Shown: positions 27,588-42,439 of the stretch, in pieces | Numbering within the stretch: the first letter of the stretch is position 1 | Layout: the number at the start of each line of letters is the position of its first letter | Assembly: GCF_006345805.1 (NCBI RefSeq) | Contig: NC_042998.1 | Coordinates: 184,512,001 to 184,576,000, forward strand | Length of the DNA: 64,000 nucleotides | DNA from: Octopus sinensis | Lineage: Eukaryota | Direction: 5' to 3' | Program-made: the position numbers and the translations under genes | The notes under the pieces: model-generated | Database searches by the model: none | What the model was told of the DNA's origin: nothing | What the model saw: only the letters and a program-made list of their open reading frames with translations

Positions 27588-27715
27588 CCATACACATGTA
27601 TACATACGTCCAAATATATATATGCATGGTACAGGACGTCAAAAAACGTGAACAAAATGAAAAAACGAGATCATAAAAAACAAAAACATGGAAAACGAAG
27701 CATCCATTTCCAAGT
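27325..27715 (-). mobile_element. Penelope-like terminal repeat fragment with hammerhead-like core, copy 2 (longer)
   Basis: Minus strand TGTTT-CTGACGA-A-GAGCTCCGCTC-GAAACGTT-AAAT (27424-27459). Shares CAACGCGTGGACGTGGAA...GACGCTCAGGAAAGGAAA with copy 1. Confidence 0.6.
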
Positions 27716-27751
27716 AAGTTTATATATATATATATTTGTGTGTGTGTGTGT

Positions 27752-27793
<42 letters not shown>

Positions 27794-28719
27794 TATATGA
27801 ATACAATGGACGATAAAAAGGATAAGACACGAGGAACAAAGTCTGGCTAATAAGGTATTAGTTAAACGCTTTAATGGAAAGAAAAAATATTTTAACCTCT
27901 CCACTTTAATATTTCATCCGAAGAAAGAGAGAAGAGAGAGTGCAAAAGAGAAAGAGTCTGTGAAATTAAAAGGAAAAACGGGTGAGGGGTGAGAAACTGT
28001 GGGGGTTATGCTGCTTTTGGGGGGAGGGTTATGAGTGGAGGATGGGACGGGTATGACCTTCCGAAACTGCAACAATATGGGTTTCAACTAGAGGTTTTAC
28101 ATCAAGAAACTTATGAAACAAATTCATAATGCATACATACATACATTCGGACCGGCATACATACACATATACTACGTACATACCTACATAGATACATAGA
28201 TACATGTGTGTATGCATACACGCACACACACATATATATATGTATATGTCTATGTGTGTATGTATATATCTATAATTAATTCTCTTCGTCGCTCATGCAT
28301 ACAAACGCACATTAACACCCACGTCTATACACACAGACACACAGAAACACGAAGATACACGGTAACGCACGTGTATATATATAATATATATATATATATA
28401 TATGTATACACAGACAATTGCGTACGCAAACACCGTGAACGTAACGCTCGCGCATGTGTGAAAAATTAATTAAGAAGCCGAAGTGCAATTAGTAATATGA
28501 AAAAAATGTCTGCAAAAGATCGTATAATAAAGGAGAAATCATTAACTAGTCACAAGTTGAGAAATCACTTCACTAGATTTAATGGGTGAACTGCCAGTGA
28601 TTTGGCATAGTCTCTTCTTATTGGATAAGCACAAACGTATATATAACTGCACGTCACATCCAAAATCACGCTGCACAGTACACCTCCGCCATTTTCGTCA
28701 TCAACGCCACCTTTCCCGG

Positions 28720-29132
28720 AACAGCAGCAGCAGCAATAATAATAGCCAGAACGGCAAGACAACAATAACAAACATGAAGAACAAGAAGGAGAAGAGCAAT
28801 AAGTGCATGCAATAAGAACAACAATCACAACAATCACAACACCGTTAACGGCATCAGCCGGTAGTAGCAACAACAACAACAACAACAATGACAGCCACAA
28901 CAACGACAATAACAACAACAACAACAACAACAACGACGACGACAACAACAGATACAGCAACAAACAACAACTTTATCAATAACAAGACAACAGCAGCCGC
29001 AACAACAACAACAACAACAAGAACACAATATATAAACAACCCTAAAAAAACCACACACAAAAAAAAAAATAACACCACTGACAAAAACAACAACAGCAGC
29101 ACAGCAGCAGCAGCAACAACAACAATAGTAGC

Positions 29133-29164
<32 letters not shown>

Positions 29165-30107
29165 ACGGCGCATAAAGGTGCGATATAGTAGAACGCACCA
29201 GCACACACGGCGAGAAATAAAGGCTTTTATTCAAAACTAAGACCAAAACAACAACGGCCGCCACAACCATAAAAACAAGAACATCAACAACAGCAACAGC
29301 ATCGACAAAGAGAGAAGGGGAGAGAGAGAGAGAGAGAAAGAGGGGAGAGAGAGACAAAGGTTTTTGTTATCCGACTGATTAAGTGTTCATGCGGTTTCAA
29401 CACCGGTTTGTGAATCTTATGGTTTCCTGACCGTTAACAATGTGTGAATAAATCTTTTTTCTTCCATCTTTATTTTTATTTATTTATATATATATTTATT
29501 TATTTATTTATTTATTTATCATTGTTTTTTTTTGCGCATCCAATGTTTTCTAGCAAGGTAAAGGTGGAGTGAGGATGAAGAGGGAGAAGTGTTGATACAA
29601 CCAAAAATACATCCCCCTCTTCCCTTAATCATCATCATCGTCATCATCATCATCAGCATCATTATTTTAATCATCATTAGCGTCAGCGTTAACACCAGCA
29701 TAAGCATTTTCATCCTTCTTCCCCGTTATTATTAACACCATCATCATCATCATCATCATCATCAACAGCATCATTAACGACATCATTAATAACGTGATCA
29801 TCATCATCATCAACATCATTGCCATCGCCAACATCATCATCATCATCATCATCATCACCATTCCCGTCAGCACTATCAGCATCATCCTCATTGCTATCGT
29901 TATCTTTATCGGGGTTCACCACGGCCACCACCACCATACCACCACCACCACCACGGACACCACCACCACCACGGCCACCACCACCACCACTACCACCACC
30001 ACCACCACCACCACCACCACAACCACCACTACCATCACCACTGTCATCATCATAACGAACAACAATGATAATAGTTGTAGCAATAATAATGACAACAATG
30101 ATAATCC

Positions 30108-30140
<33 letters not shown>

Positions 30141-30260
30141 TGATGATGATGATGACAATAATAATAATAATGATGATGATGAGGATGATGATGATGATGA
30201 TGATGATGACAATAATAATGATAATCATGATGAAAGCAACAACAACCACAATAATGAATT
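28720..30260. repeat. Compound trinucleotide field: (CAA), (CAT), (CAC), (AAT), (GAT)
   Basis: Direct reading. Source of the low-complexity ORFs on both strands. Confidence 0.92.
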
Positions 30261-30425
30261 AGACGCTTAAATAGTTACATAGATTGAAGAAATATTAAAG
30301 AAATAGAAAAGAGGAAGTGGCTCGGCGGCGGCGGCGGCGGAGGTGGAAGCGACGGTAGCGGGGTGGGGATGGGTTGGGAAGAAGACTCATCAAAATGGAA
30401 AATGAAAAGAAATGAAAGAAGAGAG

Positions 30426-30468
<43 letters not shown>

Positions 30469-30813
30469 ATAAGAGATACGAAGTAGAAAAGAATGAGGAA
30501 AAATCGTTAGTTAAGTTGGCGCCCATCTGTAGAAAATGGTCAGTGAGGTGTGTCCATCTCCTTATACCATTCTTTGACAGTGTTGCGAAAAAAAAGGGTA
30601 AAAATGAATAAATAAATAAATACACGAATATATATATAAAAAAAAGAAAAACAAGAAAAGAAAATCAATGAAAGGAGTAATCATAGAATTTTCACTTTTT
30701 CATCGTTATTTTTTTCTTTATTATTTTTATTATTTTAATTTTACTCTGTGTTATTGCTTGTATTTCGCTTGTGTTTTTCGTTTTGCCTCATTTTCGCAAC
30801 AATAGAAAATATG

Positions 30814-30844
<31 letters not shown>

Positions 30845-32689
30845 AGAAACCATAGTACCAAAAAAAAAAAATGATTCAATAATATAGTTGCAGAGATTTC
30901 TGCTATAATCCACCCCCCGCTCTTCTCTTCGGTACCATATTTTTCCTTTGCATCTCTCTGACCTTTGACCTGGGCTCGTCATGTGTCACGTTACGGGTTA
31001 TGTCTCCCTTCTGCAGGTACGAGAACAGATTGGAACAGAGAGTTCATGAATATTAATAGAGTCTCGCCTAAATGTATCTCTTTCTTCTACTTTCACTTTC
31101 CTCCTCTTTTCTCTCTGCTTTGGAATATTTCGTTTCATTTTTTGTTTTGTTAATAAAAGAAACCAACTAAACAATACTTTCGTTGTTTATGTTATTTGTT
31201 TTTTTTCTCCTCCCAACCAACTTAAACAGCCAAAGGACCGTTAATGCACATAAAACAAATGGAATTTAGTAGAATATTCTATTAGAAAGCAAACGCGCAT
31301 ACATATACAATCAGACACATAGACGCTTATACACTCCGACACACACACACATGCACACATACGCACACTCACGCTTCTATATAATATTCATGCATACGCG
31401 CACACGTACATACATGCATACACACATATATACACATACACACACTGAAACGTATTTTTACTAATCAGAACTGAACTTATCTAGCATAATCTTATAAATA
31501 ATAATAATAATTATTATTACTATTATTATTAATATTGATATAGAAAGGCAGCAAGCTGGCAGAATTGTTTTCACGGAGGGCAAAATATTTAGCGGCATTC
31601 CTTTCGGCTTTACGTTCTGAGCTCAAATTCCGTCAAGATCGACTTTGCTTATCTTTTTTTAGGTCGATAAAATAAGTACCAGTAGAGCACTGAGGTAGAT
31701 GTAATCAACTAATCCCCTCTCTCGAAATAGCTGACACTGTGCCAAAACTTCAAACCATTATTAATGTAGATGATAGGGTGGCAAAAATCGTAGAATGCCT
31801 TGTAATATTTGGTTACGTAAGTCTACGTTCTAAGTTCATATAGCGCTAAGTTTGGTTTCTTATTTATCGCTCTAGGGCCGATAAAATAAATGTCAGACAA
31901 GTACTGGGGTTAATTTTATCAACTACTTTTCACTCGAAAATTAGTGACCTTAATTTTAAAGGGTAACAGTATTCCCAGAGAAAATTGTATTTGTTCAGAA
32001 ACTGTATGACAAGACGAGCCAACTCTGTTCTTACTTGCAATCATTTCACCTCATTTACACCATCTTTTGAAAAAATGTCTGCTTGTACCTGCGCGATCAT
32101 GAGCAAAGATAGCGAGGGGTGTCTATATGTACATGCAATCAATTCATACTCGCAGTATAACAGTTCTGGTTTGACTGGAGTCGAGCGTAATATCCGGACC
32201 GTGTTTTATAAGGTGTTTACCTATGGCTTGGGTTAGGTCTTTTATTTTATCTTATTTTATTTTATTCTTTTTTTTGTGTGTAAGAAAGTTTAATATTTCG
32301 GAGAAACTTGTGCTTGCAAATGATGGTTAACTTATCTCGTTTATTGAGAAGTCGTGTGCCGGGAGGTAAAGCTCCAATTGTTCCCTTGTAGTATAATCAT
32401 TACAGCTTTCGTTCTTTCATTCACAGCAATGTGTGTTGTGAATTTTTAAATTTGTGAGTGGCTACACGTAATCAGCCAATGGAATCAATTGGGCCAACAT
32501 AAAAATTTTGAAAGAGCGCACATGCGTATAAACACATTTTTTGAGAATGTAGTAGATCCAATGTATTCCCGTTGGCATGCAAGTCTAAATACGCTATATC
32601 TGTATACTATGCTTTTGGTTTAACGGACAATCCTAGATATTTTACAACTTTACATTTTGAGCATATTAGTATTCTTGGGAGATTTAGTT

Positions 32690-33230
32690 ATTTGAAATAT
32701 GACCATAGTTGGTGTTTAGATGACTATCCCCTGTAGAAGTGTTCTGTGTGAGAAACCAATGTTTGGATATTCTGTGAGTGACCACTAGGCAGGCTAGCAT
32801 TAATTTGGTCTGATTGTTGTTCCTGTTGTAGGGATTCGAGTCCAACAGAGGACATATACTGCTTGTATGAACAGGTGGCATTTAGTGATTGGTCAGTAGG
32901 TATTGGTTGACCTAGGTCGTCAGATAGTTTAATTTTGTTTAGTTTGAATTCATTAGTACCTAAGATGCTGTCGGACAAGTAAGGACTGTTAGAGTAACTT
33001 ATCTTAACAGTATACATATTAGATATTTGCTAGTATTTATTCTAAGGTTGGAAGTTAGTTTTAAGTAGAGAGAATATTTTAAGTATTCAAGTTTTACTTG
33101 GAGATTGTATGAAGGATTAAACCATGTGATTTCCCTAGTTGTAATTTTCTTATTAGTGTGCTGTTACCCAGTTTTAGCGATTGGTTTTGGTGGGCTTGCT
33201 TCGATACCCCCATTAGTCTCTCTCTCTTTT
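32690..33230 (-). mobile_element. Decayed Penelope-like element ORF fragment (region C-terminal to the RT)
   Basis: Minus-strand translation gives KKITTREITWFNPSYNLQV, then after a frameshift YTVKISYSNSPYL. These resemble the PLE motifs I-W-F-N-P-P-[YF] and N-T-V-K-[IV]-S-Y-S. Recognised from memory; no search run. Confidence 0.7.
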
Positions 33231-34566
33231 TCTGAAATATGTATGTTGTCGATATGTGCGTTGTTGATATGTGCAACTAACAGCTACATCTAGATCAATA
33301 TATTAAAACCTAAATATACATACATATACACACACGTACATATAAATTCAACTGCGTTATGTCAGAAAGTCTGTGCGTGTTATTTTGTGTATGTGTACGA
33401 TTTTCATGAATACGTTTGTTGAAACGTTATTGTCACTTAATAAATTGAATATCTGACGATATATTTAGGCTTGTGTGTCTTATATAAATTGTTTCAAATT
33501 ATGGATTAATTTATCTATTCGGGAAATGTCACATTAAGTTGAATTAAAACCAGTCTGTCTAAACTGCCGATCAAGATATATAGGCGCAGTTATTTAGAAA
33601 GATTTGAAAACAGAAAGACATTGCCCCCGCCCCCGGCCACACATACACATACTCACACTCTCTCAACAATTTACAAAATTATTTTAAATTTACTTCAACT
33701 TTCTGGTAATTTAGATTTTTCTTTAGAAATTTAATGGAATTTATCAGAGCACAATGAAGAATCTCGAATATTCATTTGGAAGATAAGTGGATATTTAAAC
33801 TACATTTCATAGTCAGTAAACAAAACAAAGCCAGGAAATATGTAAATAAATATAAAATATAAATAATTGCGAAAATAATGTACTACACATTTTGTACCTT
33901 TGTATAGAACATGTCAAATAAATTTTCTAATAAAATTTAATCAAACTTTTCGTCGTATGGATGATGCCACGGGGAAAAAGTGGTGACGATGAAAAATTGA
34001 ATATGCCGTGCCGAAAACGTTAATATTGTGTAATTTAACAAGAATTGTCCATCTGTATTGTTTTAAAGCTTAAATATTTCGTAATTGACAGGCTAGCATT
34101 GTTGCTAATCTTTCAGAGTTAGCATCTCTAAGGAAACGCTTTGTGAGGACAAAAAAAAAGAAAAAAAAAAAAAGAAATATCTAAGTCGTATTTATCGTTA
34201 AGGAAATGAATATTCACCACCTCAGATTATTCCTACAGGAACATCACATGAACTGAATCGTTAATAAATTAAAAATGAAGGGAGAAACAAAAACTAAATA
34301 AATAAACAATAAAAGTGCAAAGCAAAATATAGATACTAACAAACAAACAAAATGGGCGCCATTGCTCATTCAAAGCGAGACTTAAGTTTGACGTAAAATA
34401 AATAAGACGTAAAAATTTAAAGGAAAATCTATTATAAACTACCCAAAAGTATTGAGTGATTATCAAAATGGGTTTAATAACTTCAAAAGGGAAACAATCA
34501 ATTGACCAAATAAACAAAATTTTGAAAAAGGAGGCAAAATTAAATAACTTAGACAGATAGATAGAT

Positions 34567-34626
<60 letters not shown>

Positions 34627-35025
34627 CATGTGTATATATGCGTACGCATGTGTGTATATGTATATGTGTGTGTGTGACAGTGTGTGTGTTCCCGTGCATG
34701 CGCGTATGTGTGCTATAGGTACATGCTATTTATCAAAGAAAAATATATATCGAAATAAAAACATCAGATCATTATACTACTATAGACACTAGGCCTGAAA
34801 ATTTGAATAGGGGCTAGTCGATAACATCAACCCCAATAATACTCGAAGTAATCCAGAAGTCAGCATTGTTGGGTACAGCTCGCATTCTAAGGAAAGTATT
34901 GTCTCTTTGAGTCACAGGAGAAGGCACTACTTGAAACCTTTGGTGATTTGTTATTGCCTGCTTTCAAGTAAACAACAATCGCAAATAGAACAGCGAGAAT
35001 CGAAATAATAATAATAATAATAATA

Positions 35026-35074
<49 letters not shown>

Positions 35075-35075
<1 letters not shown>

Positions 35076-35565
35076 TCATGTACATTGTTTTGTCTTGGTA
35101 TAAAAGATGGGCTACAGCAAATATTCTGCTCAATACCACAGATTTGCTTGTCAGTTGTTTGACCTTAACCAGTTGAGCATGTCCCTTAGTGGCTGACGAT
35201 ATGTGCATCTCTGATCACGAGCAGAAGTAGTGGGGGAGCATCATAGCCATGTGTTGAGAGGGATTCTTTGGGGTTTGAATAGTTCACCTCTGGAAACATG
35301 GGTGGTTCTTTCAACATCTTTAAACAACCCTTATTCAGGGACCGTTTGAGCAGGATGGCTACTCAAAATGAAGAAAATTCTAACTGGGCCCCACCTGCAA
35401 GGTCATGTGCTGTTTATCTTGATATGAGATCACCATGTCGCGCACATATGGTTGTGATGCATGTGCCTGGTGTACCTTTATCAGACGGGTAGTCATGATG
35501 GGTATATTGGGCTTCGTATATTTTACCCCAGTGTCACTTTGATGGCATGAACTGCTCTCTCACTC
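35075..35565 (+). mobile_element. (AAT)n-embedded retroelement fragment (non-coding, probable LINE 3' region), copy 1
   Basis: High similarity to 54211-54518 (e.g. AAACAACCCTTATTCAGGGAC, TATCAGACGGGTAGTCATGATGGGTATA). (AAT)n on both sides. Strand inferred from the shared right ends and variable left ends. Confidence 0.65.
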
Positions 35566-36900
35566 AATAATAATAATAATAATAATAATAATAATCCTTT
35601 CTATTATAGGCACAAGGCCTGAAATTTGTGGTGAAGGGACTAGTCAATTACATCGACCCCAGTATTTCACTGGTACTCAATTTATCAACTCCGAAAGGAT
35701 GAAAGGCAAAGTCGACCTCGGCAGAATTTGAACTCAGAATTTAGCGACGGGCGAAATACCGCTATTTCGCCCAGCGTACTAACGACCCTGCCAGCTCGCT
35801 GAACACCTACAAAAATCAACATTGCTTGGAACTTTACAGGGTTCGGATCTGTTCAGAAAAAGAAAAAAAACACAAAAAAACAAAAGCATGAAAATATGCA
35901 ACACAGGCATGACCCAGAAGTTGTTCCTCTTCGATTACTAGTGCCAACAGCAGTAGCTTTCTTCAATTGAGTACACGTCGTTGATTGGCTAAAATTACCC
36001 AAATACGACAACTTTAACACGAAATAACTTCTAAAATACAAAATTTTACCAAAAATGTTCAAAGTAAACCGTGTTCTACGTGAGATATTCCACCAGTATA
36101 CGAAGTTTCAAACTGCTTGGTTAAAAAAATATAATCAAGCAATCTGTGAGCCAAAAGGAACAGATCCCAGGGTTCTTGAACAATGACCAGTAAACAAGGG
36201 TCACCTTAGTCTGCTAGCTGAAGACAACTGACATATTTTATCGTACCCATCAAAATAAGCTGAGAGTTTTGATCAAATAATAATAATAATAATACTTCCT
36301 CCTTTAGACACAAGATTTTAAATGTTCGGGGAGAGAGCTAGGCGATTACATCGACCTCAGTACTTAATTGGTATTTAATTTATTGATCCCGAAAGGATGA
36401 AAGGTAAAGTCGACCTCGATAATATATGACCTCAGAATGTTAAGAATGTTAATGCTCACAATTCTGTCAGCTTCAACAAGGAGAACACAGATGGAAGTTG
36501 GGGGATGGATAGCATAGCGGAAACCAACCAAGAGGTTGGCAATTTTTTTATCTGTATTTGGCACTACTGAAGTCTGCTATTGGCTCACGTGACTTTTAAA
36601 TGCTTTAGTTTATCTAGCTTTAAATAGGCACCACAAGATAGGAACGACTACACGTCCAAACCGCGGCAGCAGTACTAACGATGGGGCGAGTGAAACGTTA
36701 GGTCGCGGCACCAAATTTAATTTCCCATTCGAATAAAATTATTTACGAAAGACCAGCAAGGTCATGTGGATCGCTGTGATTCGGTAAAAGGGGTATCAGA
36801 ACAAACCATTGCTGGATTGATCTTGTAGTAACAGTAGTATCTACCACAGGCCCTGCATTTTTAGACGCTCCTCGTTTTATTACAATTGTGCTGTATCTCT

Positions 36901-37310
36901 TTACTCTCTCTCTTTTACTCTTTTACTTGTTTCAGTCATTTCACTGCGGCCATGCTGGAGCACCGCCTTTAGTCGAGCAAATCGACCCCGGGACTTATTC
37001 TTTGTAAGCCCAGTACTTATTCTATCGGTCTCTTTTGCCGAGCCGCTAAGTGACGGGGACGTAAACACACCAGCATCGGTTGTCAAGCAATGCTAGGGGA
37101 ACAAACACACACACACACAAACACACATACACACATATATATATATACATATATACGACAGGCTTCTTTCAGTTTCCGTCTACCAAATCCACTCACAAGG
37201 CATTGGTCGGCCCGGAGCTATAGCAGAAGACACTTGCCCAAGATGCCACGCAGTGAGACTGAACCCGGAACCATGTGGTTGGTTAGCAAGCTACTTACCA
37301 CACAGCCACT
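36901..37310 (-). mobile_element. SINE family A, full length
   Basis: Reverse complement of 5889-6276 along its whole length. Confidence 0.82.
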
Positions 37311-38049
37311 TTTATATATGATTAGGTGTATTTAAGATTTATTCAACACTCAAAATACTTCCATATTAAACGAATTACAATAATCAAATTGATGGCAGAG
37401 ATAAATACGCAAATTTATTTAATTTTTGTTGGATGCTAATTAACAGACTTGCCATTCTATTTCTCTATTTCGATGCATTAAATTCACTATACAATAATTG
37501 AGTCTATTATCTTTTTTGTAATAAGATCAGTTGAACGAATCAAATTATTATATATATTTATATATTATAATATATATATAATATATATTTATTATATATA
37601 TTATGGATAATGGAATGTTAACCAAGCTCATTAAATCAAATTAGGCTTTTTAAACAATAAATTTCTTTTCGCGTACAGTTTCTACTTTATGTCTTTAAGC
37701 AAAGCGATAGTACAAATATCAAGTTTAAATTAATACAGTCCCATTTTCAACGCTAAGCCGCGCAAAGACATTTACGTTCTATTTGTGTTATACATTAAGA
37801 GAGCGTATTTAACTTTAATGTTTGAGTTGACAAAGTAATATTGGTTTCAAATTTCGATACAAGGCCAGCAATTTCGAGGAAGGGGCATGAGTCAATTACA
37901 TCGACCCCAGTGTTCAACTGGTACTTATTTTATTGACCCCGAAAGGATGAAAGGCAAACTCGATCTTGGTGGAATTTGAACCTAGAACATGCAAATGGAC
38001 GAAATGCTAGTGATTCTGCCAGCTTGCCGCCTTAGTTGACAAAGCAATA

Positions 38050-38268
38050 CAGTAATCCCTCGACTATCACGGGTGTTATGTTCCAAAACACCCCGCCATT
38101 GGTGAAAATCCGCGAAGTAGAAGCAGTAATGTATATTTTTTAAAAATTATTTTTATAATTTCTGTATATTTATTTTATTATAAATGCAAAACAACACCAC
38201 GAAGGAATCGACGTAAGCTTAAATAATAAACCGCGATAGGTGAACCGCGATATGGCGCGGGATTACTG
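38050..38268. mobile_element. pogo/Tigger-like (Tc1-mariner) MITE, 219 bp
   Basis: TIRs CAGTAATCCCTCGACTATCACGG and CCGCGATATGGCGCGGGATTACTG. TA on both sides (38048-49, 38269-70). Confidence 0.85.
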
Positions 38269-39060
38269 TATTGCTATATATTACTGAAATTGGGTAATGT
38301 AGCTTTTAAGCTTCGTTGGTCCAAATAAAATCAATTGATCTATTGAGGAAGGGCCCAGTCATTTCTCTAAGCTGTTACCTTCCAGGGTTAACCTTCTAGA
38401 TGTCTCAATAACAGATAAAAACCAAAACTTAAATTTTAGGTAAAATAATAGTCGAACTCGTGTATTCCTTTCGAATATTCGGTCCCTCCACCGTGCAAGC
38501 GGCCTAACTTTTCAAATATAGTGTTAGATCCTTAAGGTAATAATAATAAAGTGAGCGAAGTTTTAATTTATGATTTATAAAAAAACAACAAAAAAACTAC
38601 GTTGTCTTTATAAGATATATAAGATATGCTACAGATTCCTCACTGATTTGATTCGGCCCTGCAATAAAGATATACATAAACAAACAGATACACACAGATA
38701 CGAACACACACAAACGCGCGCGTTTAAGTTGCTAACACAGGAAACAGGGTGTATTCTATAGACGAAGTGGTGGTCATGGGTGATGCATATGTGAACAATA
38801 AGAAAATAGCTGGTAATAAGGGAGATGACGCTGATGACGAATATGATATTGATATCATGACAATGATGATGATTGCAATGGCGATTACGATGATAATGAT
38901 GATGCTGATGACGATGATGATGATGGGTATGATGTTGATTATATGATGCTGTCAATCAAGTCGTATTTCATAATTCAAAATAGAAGCAAAAATAGAAACA
39001 GATGAAATGAGTGAATAGTGTGCACACAGAAATGCATCCATATATATATATATATATATA

Positions 39061-39106
<46 letters not shown>

Positions 39107-39181
39107 TGTATATATAAATATGCATATGTAAATATATATATAGTGTATATGTATAAATTTATATGTATGTATATGTATATA

Positions 39182-39246
<65 letters not shown>

Positions 39247-39711
39247 GAATATACATATATATATAGGCCATACTCAAACACGTATACACTTATGTATCTG
39301 TTTATGTGTGATTCCGTAGGAAGCGCGTCGTCTTAAAAGATTAAGTCATTTAAAACGTTAGGAAACCATTCAAGGAAGCACATGAAGTTGAATCGTACTA
39401 AAATACTGGTTGTTATTTCACCATTCGAAGACTTTGAGTAAACTGATATTCAGCTACAGCGTTCTTACACCGGAACTGGCAGATTTATTTGATGCATAAA
39501 GTCCACTGAAATGTATTCAACTTCCTTGAAATATGAGTGTAAAAGATGGAATATTTGCCACTTTTTCCCATCCATATTTTCTAGAATTACTAGTATCTTT
39601 ATTTTAAATTCTGTTCTTTGTCTTCCTTATTTTTTTCTTTCTTTATTCTTCCCACAATTTCATTTTTTCTCACTCTGTCCTTGTATGCATGCATACATGC
39701 ATGCGTATCGC

Positions 39712-39872
39712 AGGCGTGGCTGTGTGGTAAGAAGCTTGCTTTTCAACCGTTTAATTCTGGGTTGAGTCCCAGTGCGTGGCACCTTAGGCTTGTGCCTTGT
39801 ACTATAGCCTCGGGCCGATCAAAGCCTTGTGAGTGGATTTGGCAGATGGAAAATGAAAGAAACCTGTCGTAT
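39712..39872 (+). mobile_element. SINE family A, 5' half
   Basis: GCAGGCGTGGCTGTGTGGTAAGAAGCTT...GAAAGAAACCTGTCG. Confidence 0.7.
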
Positions 39873-40062
39873 ATATATACGTACCGTAAAGTATCTCTGT
39901 CGACGCGTTAATGATTCTGCCACTCTTTCACCCGCTAAGTAACATGAAATGAAGGTGTTTTGATCAAGAATATAACGCGCCACTCGGCCCGGGATCTAAC
40001 CCACGTCACGTTCTAACGATCGTGAGTGCAATAGATTAACCGCTAGGTCACTCACAGTTCCT

Positions 40063-40134
<72 letters not shown>

Positions 40135-40286
40135 TTATAAAATGAGATAGGGGTTGAAAATTCAACCCACCATGGGATAATAATATCCAATATACTGCTA
40201 GATAGTACCACAACAAAATTAATACATAGATGTTAAAAATTGTCAAACAATCAGTTCATCTATTGCATTATATATATATATATACA

Positions 40287-40339
<53 letters not shown>

Positions 40340-40661
40340 ATCTACATGTATATATATATATAATATATACATGTATGTAGTATGTATATATGTATGTATG
40401 TATACATGTGTGCGTGCGTGTGTGTGTGTGCGGTGTGTGTGTGTGTGTAAATATACATTTATATATACATGTATTTACAAATACATATATATATATATTT
40501 ACACATACATATAATATATATAATATATATTTACATATACACATACATATAAAATCGTGGGACATGTGTTTAGAAGAAAGGATAAGAGATGAAATAGATA
40601 CATATATACTGTAAATATATAAGTATATATACATATTCAGACACACACACGTGTACACACA

Positions 40662-40697
<36 letters not shown>

Positions 40698-41383
40698 ACA
40701 CACACATATATATATATATAAATACATGCATATATATGTATTCATATATATTTATGTATATATATATTTATAAAGGAATATATGTCTATGTGCATGTATA
40801 TGTGTGTGAATTCCACATACCCGTCAAAAATGATGGTGCTTATGTTCACTTCATGCTTTCCTCCATTTTCTTGTGTTCTATTTTGTCTTTGAATTATTCT
40901 CATTCTTTTTCACCCCCACTCACTGTCCTTTAATCTCATGAGCCACTTGCAGGCTTTATTATTTTTTCCTTCCCTCTGAACACATTCACACATATTTGTG
41001 CATTTAAGTGTGCATATATAATATATATATATATACTATATATAATAGTATATAATATATATAATATTATATATATATATATAGTATACACAAGCATACA
41101 TATATATACTAGTTCATATATATATATGTGTATGTTTGTTAATGTATGTATGCATATAAAACTATCAGATGTGTATGTGCATGTATGTTTGTGTACGTGT
41201 GTATGTGGAAATGAGCTGAAAGTAAAAATCAATCTAGCAAAACAATAGCAATAATGGTAACAACACGAACAACAACAATCACTTTATGACTGAGGGTAAT
41301 GAAATGAACGCTCTCTTTAACTCTGTAATTTGTACAATCCAAACGTCCATGACAGGGAGAATGCAATCACCACACCATCACGA

Positions 41384-41434
<51 letters not shown>

Positions 41435-42192
41435 CAATACAACACATACTCGTATACGCTCACACACATACATGCAAAGACATATTCAACGCTGTTCTAT
41501 TCTGGTTTGAAATATTAGTTAGGAATATTTAATTTCTTTATCCTGTCTTTTGTACACATCTAGAACCTTCCCTTTATAATACTCTATCCAATATCTCTGC
41601 TGAATAAACTAGGCTGCATCCATTCCCTTTGGCTTTTGCCAAATATTGCCAAATATTGTTGAACGCTATACAATTATGAACCAAAAGCATAATCAAGCTA
41701 AAAGATGAAAGACTTTCATAAAACAGAAGCAATTTAGTTTCATTTGTGAACCTGGTAGTATACCCTTTACAATACGTAACTTTCTAGTGAATATCTATGA
41801 AATATTATTAATATGCCCTAGCTTTGTCATTTCAACAATTACGTTATTTATGAGAACAGAGAAATGGCAGAAAGAGTCAAACACTGAGCTGTGTATATCT
41901 TACCATAAGTAGTCTGCATTTTTTCTGAGCTCTAATCTCAATGGAATTAGATTCGCTTTTCAACTTTTCAGAGTCAATAAAATATGTACCAGTAATTATT
42001 TGGGTTTATTAAATCAAATGTAGCCTCCTACACGCCTTTTGGCAGTTTAAGCAATTTGAAGCATGGTGAATTAAGCTGGTTATGAATTCATAACCTAGTT
42101 TCTACTCATAATTGTAACCATTTGCTCTTTTTGATAAAACTCAATGGGCCAGATATGCTCATTTCTCGTCTTTTAAAATATAAAGTTTATAT

Positions 42193-42439
42193 CAGTGGCT
42201 CTCAACATGACCCTTGGGGGTCCATATAACATTTTGTAGTTAAAATTTATATGCAATAAATTGGTCCTACTTCTACAATATAGAAAATGTTTTACATTTT
42301 TTTAAAACTAAAACTCCAAATAATGTTTAATTATAAAATATAACAGGATATTTTTAAAAGATCGAATGGCTATGAGGGTCTACTCAACCAGAATTGGAAT
42401 CAAAGGCGTCCATAGGGGCAAAATGGTTGAGAACCACTA
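42193..42439. mobile_element. hAT (Charlie-like) MITE, 247 bp
   Basis: TIRs CAGTGGCTCTCAAC and GTTGAGAACCACTA. Perfect 8-bp TSD GTTTATAT at 42185-42192 and 42440-42447. Confidence 0.88.
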
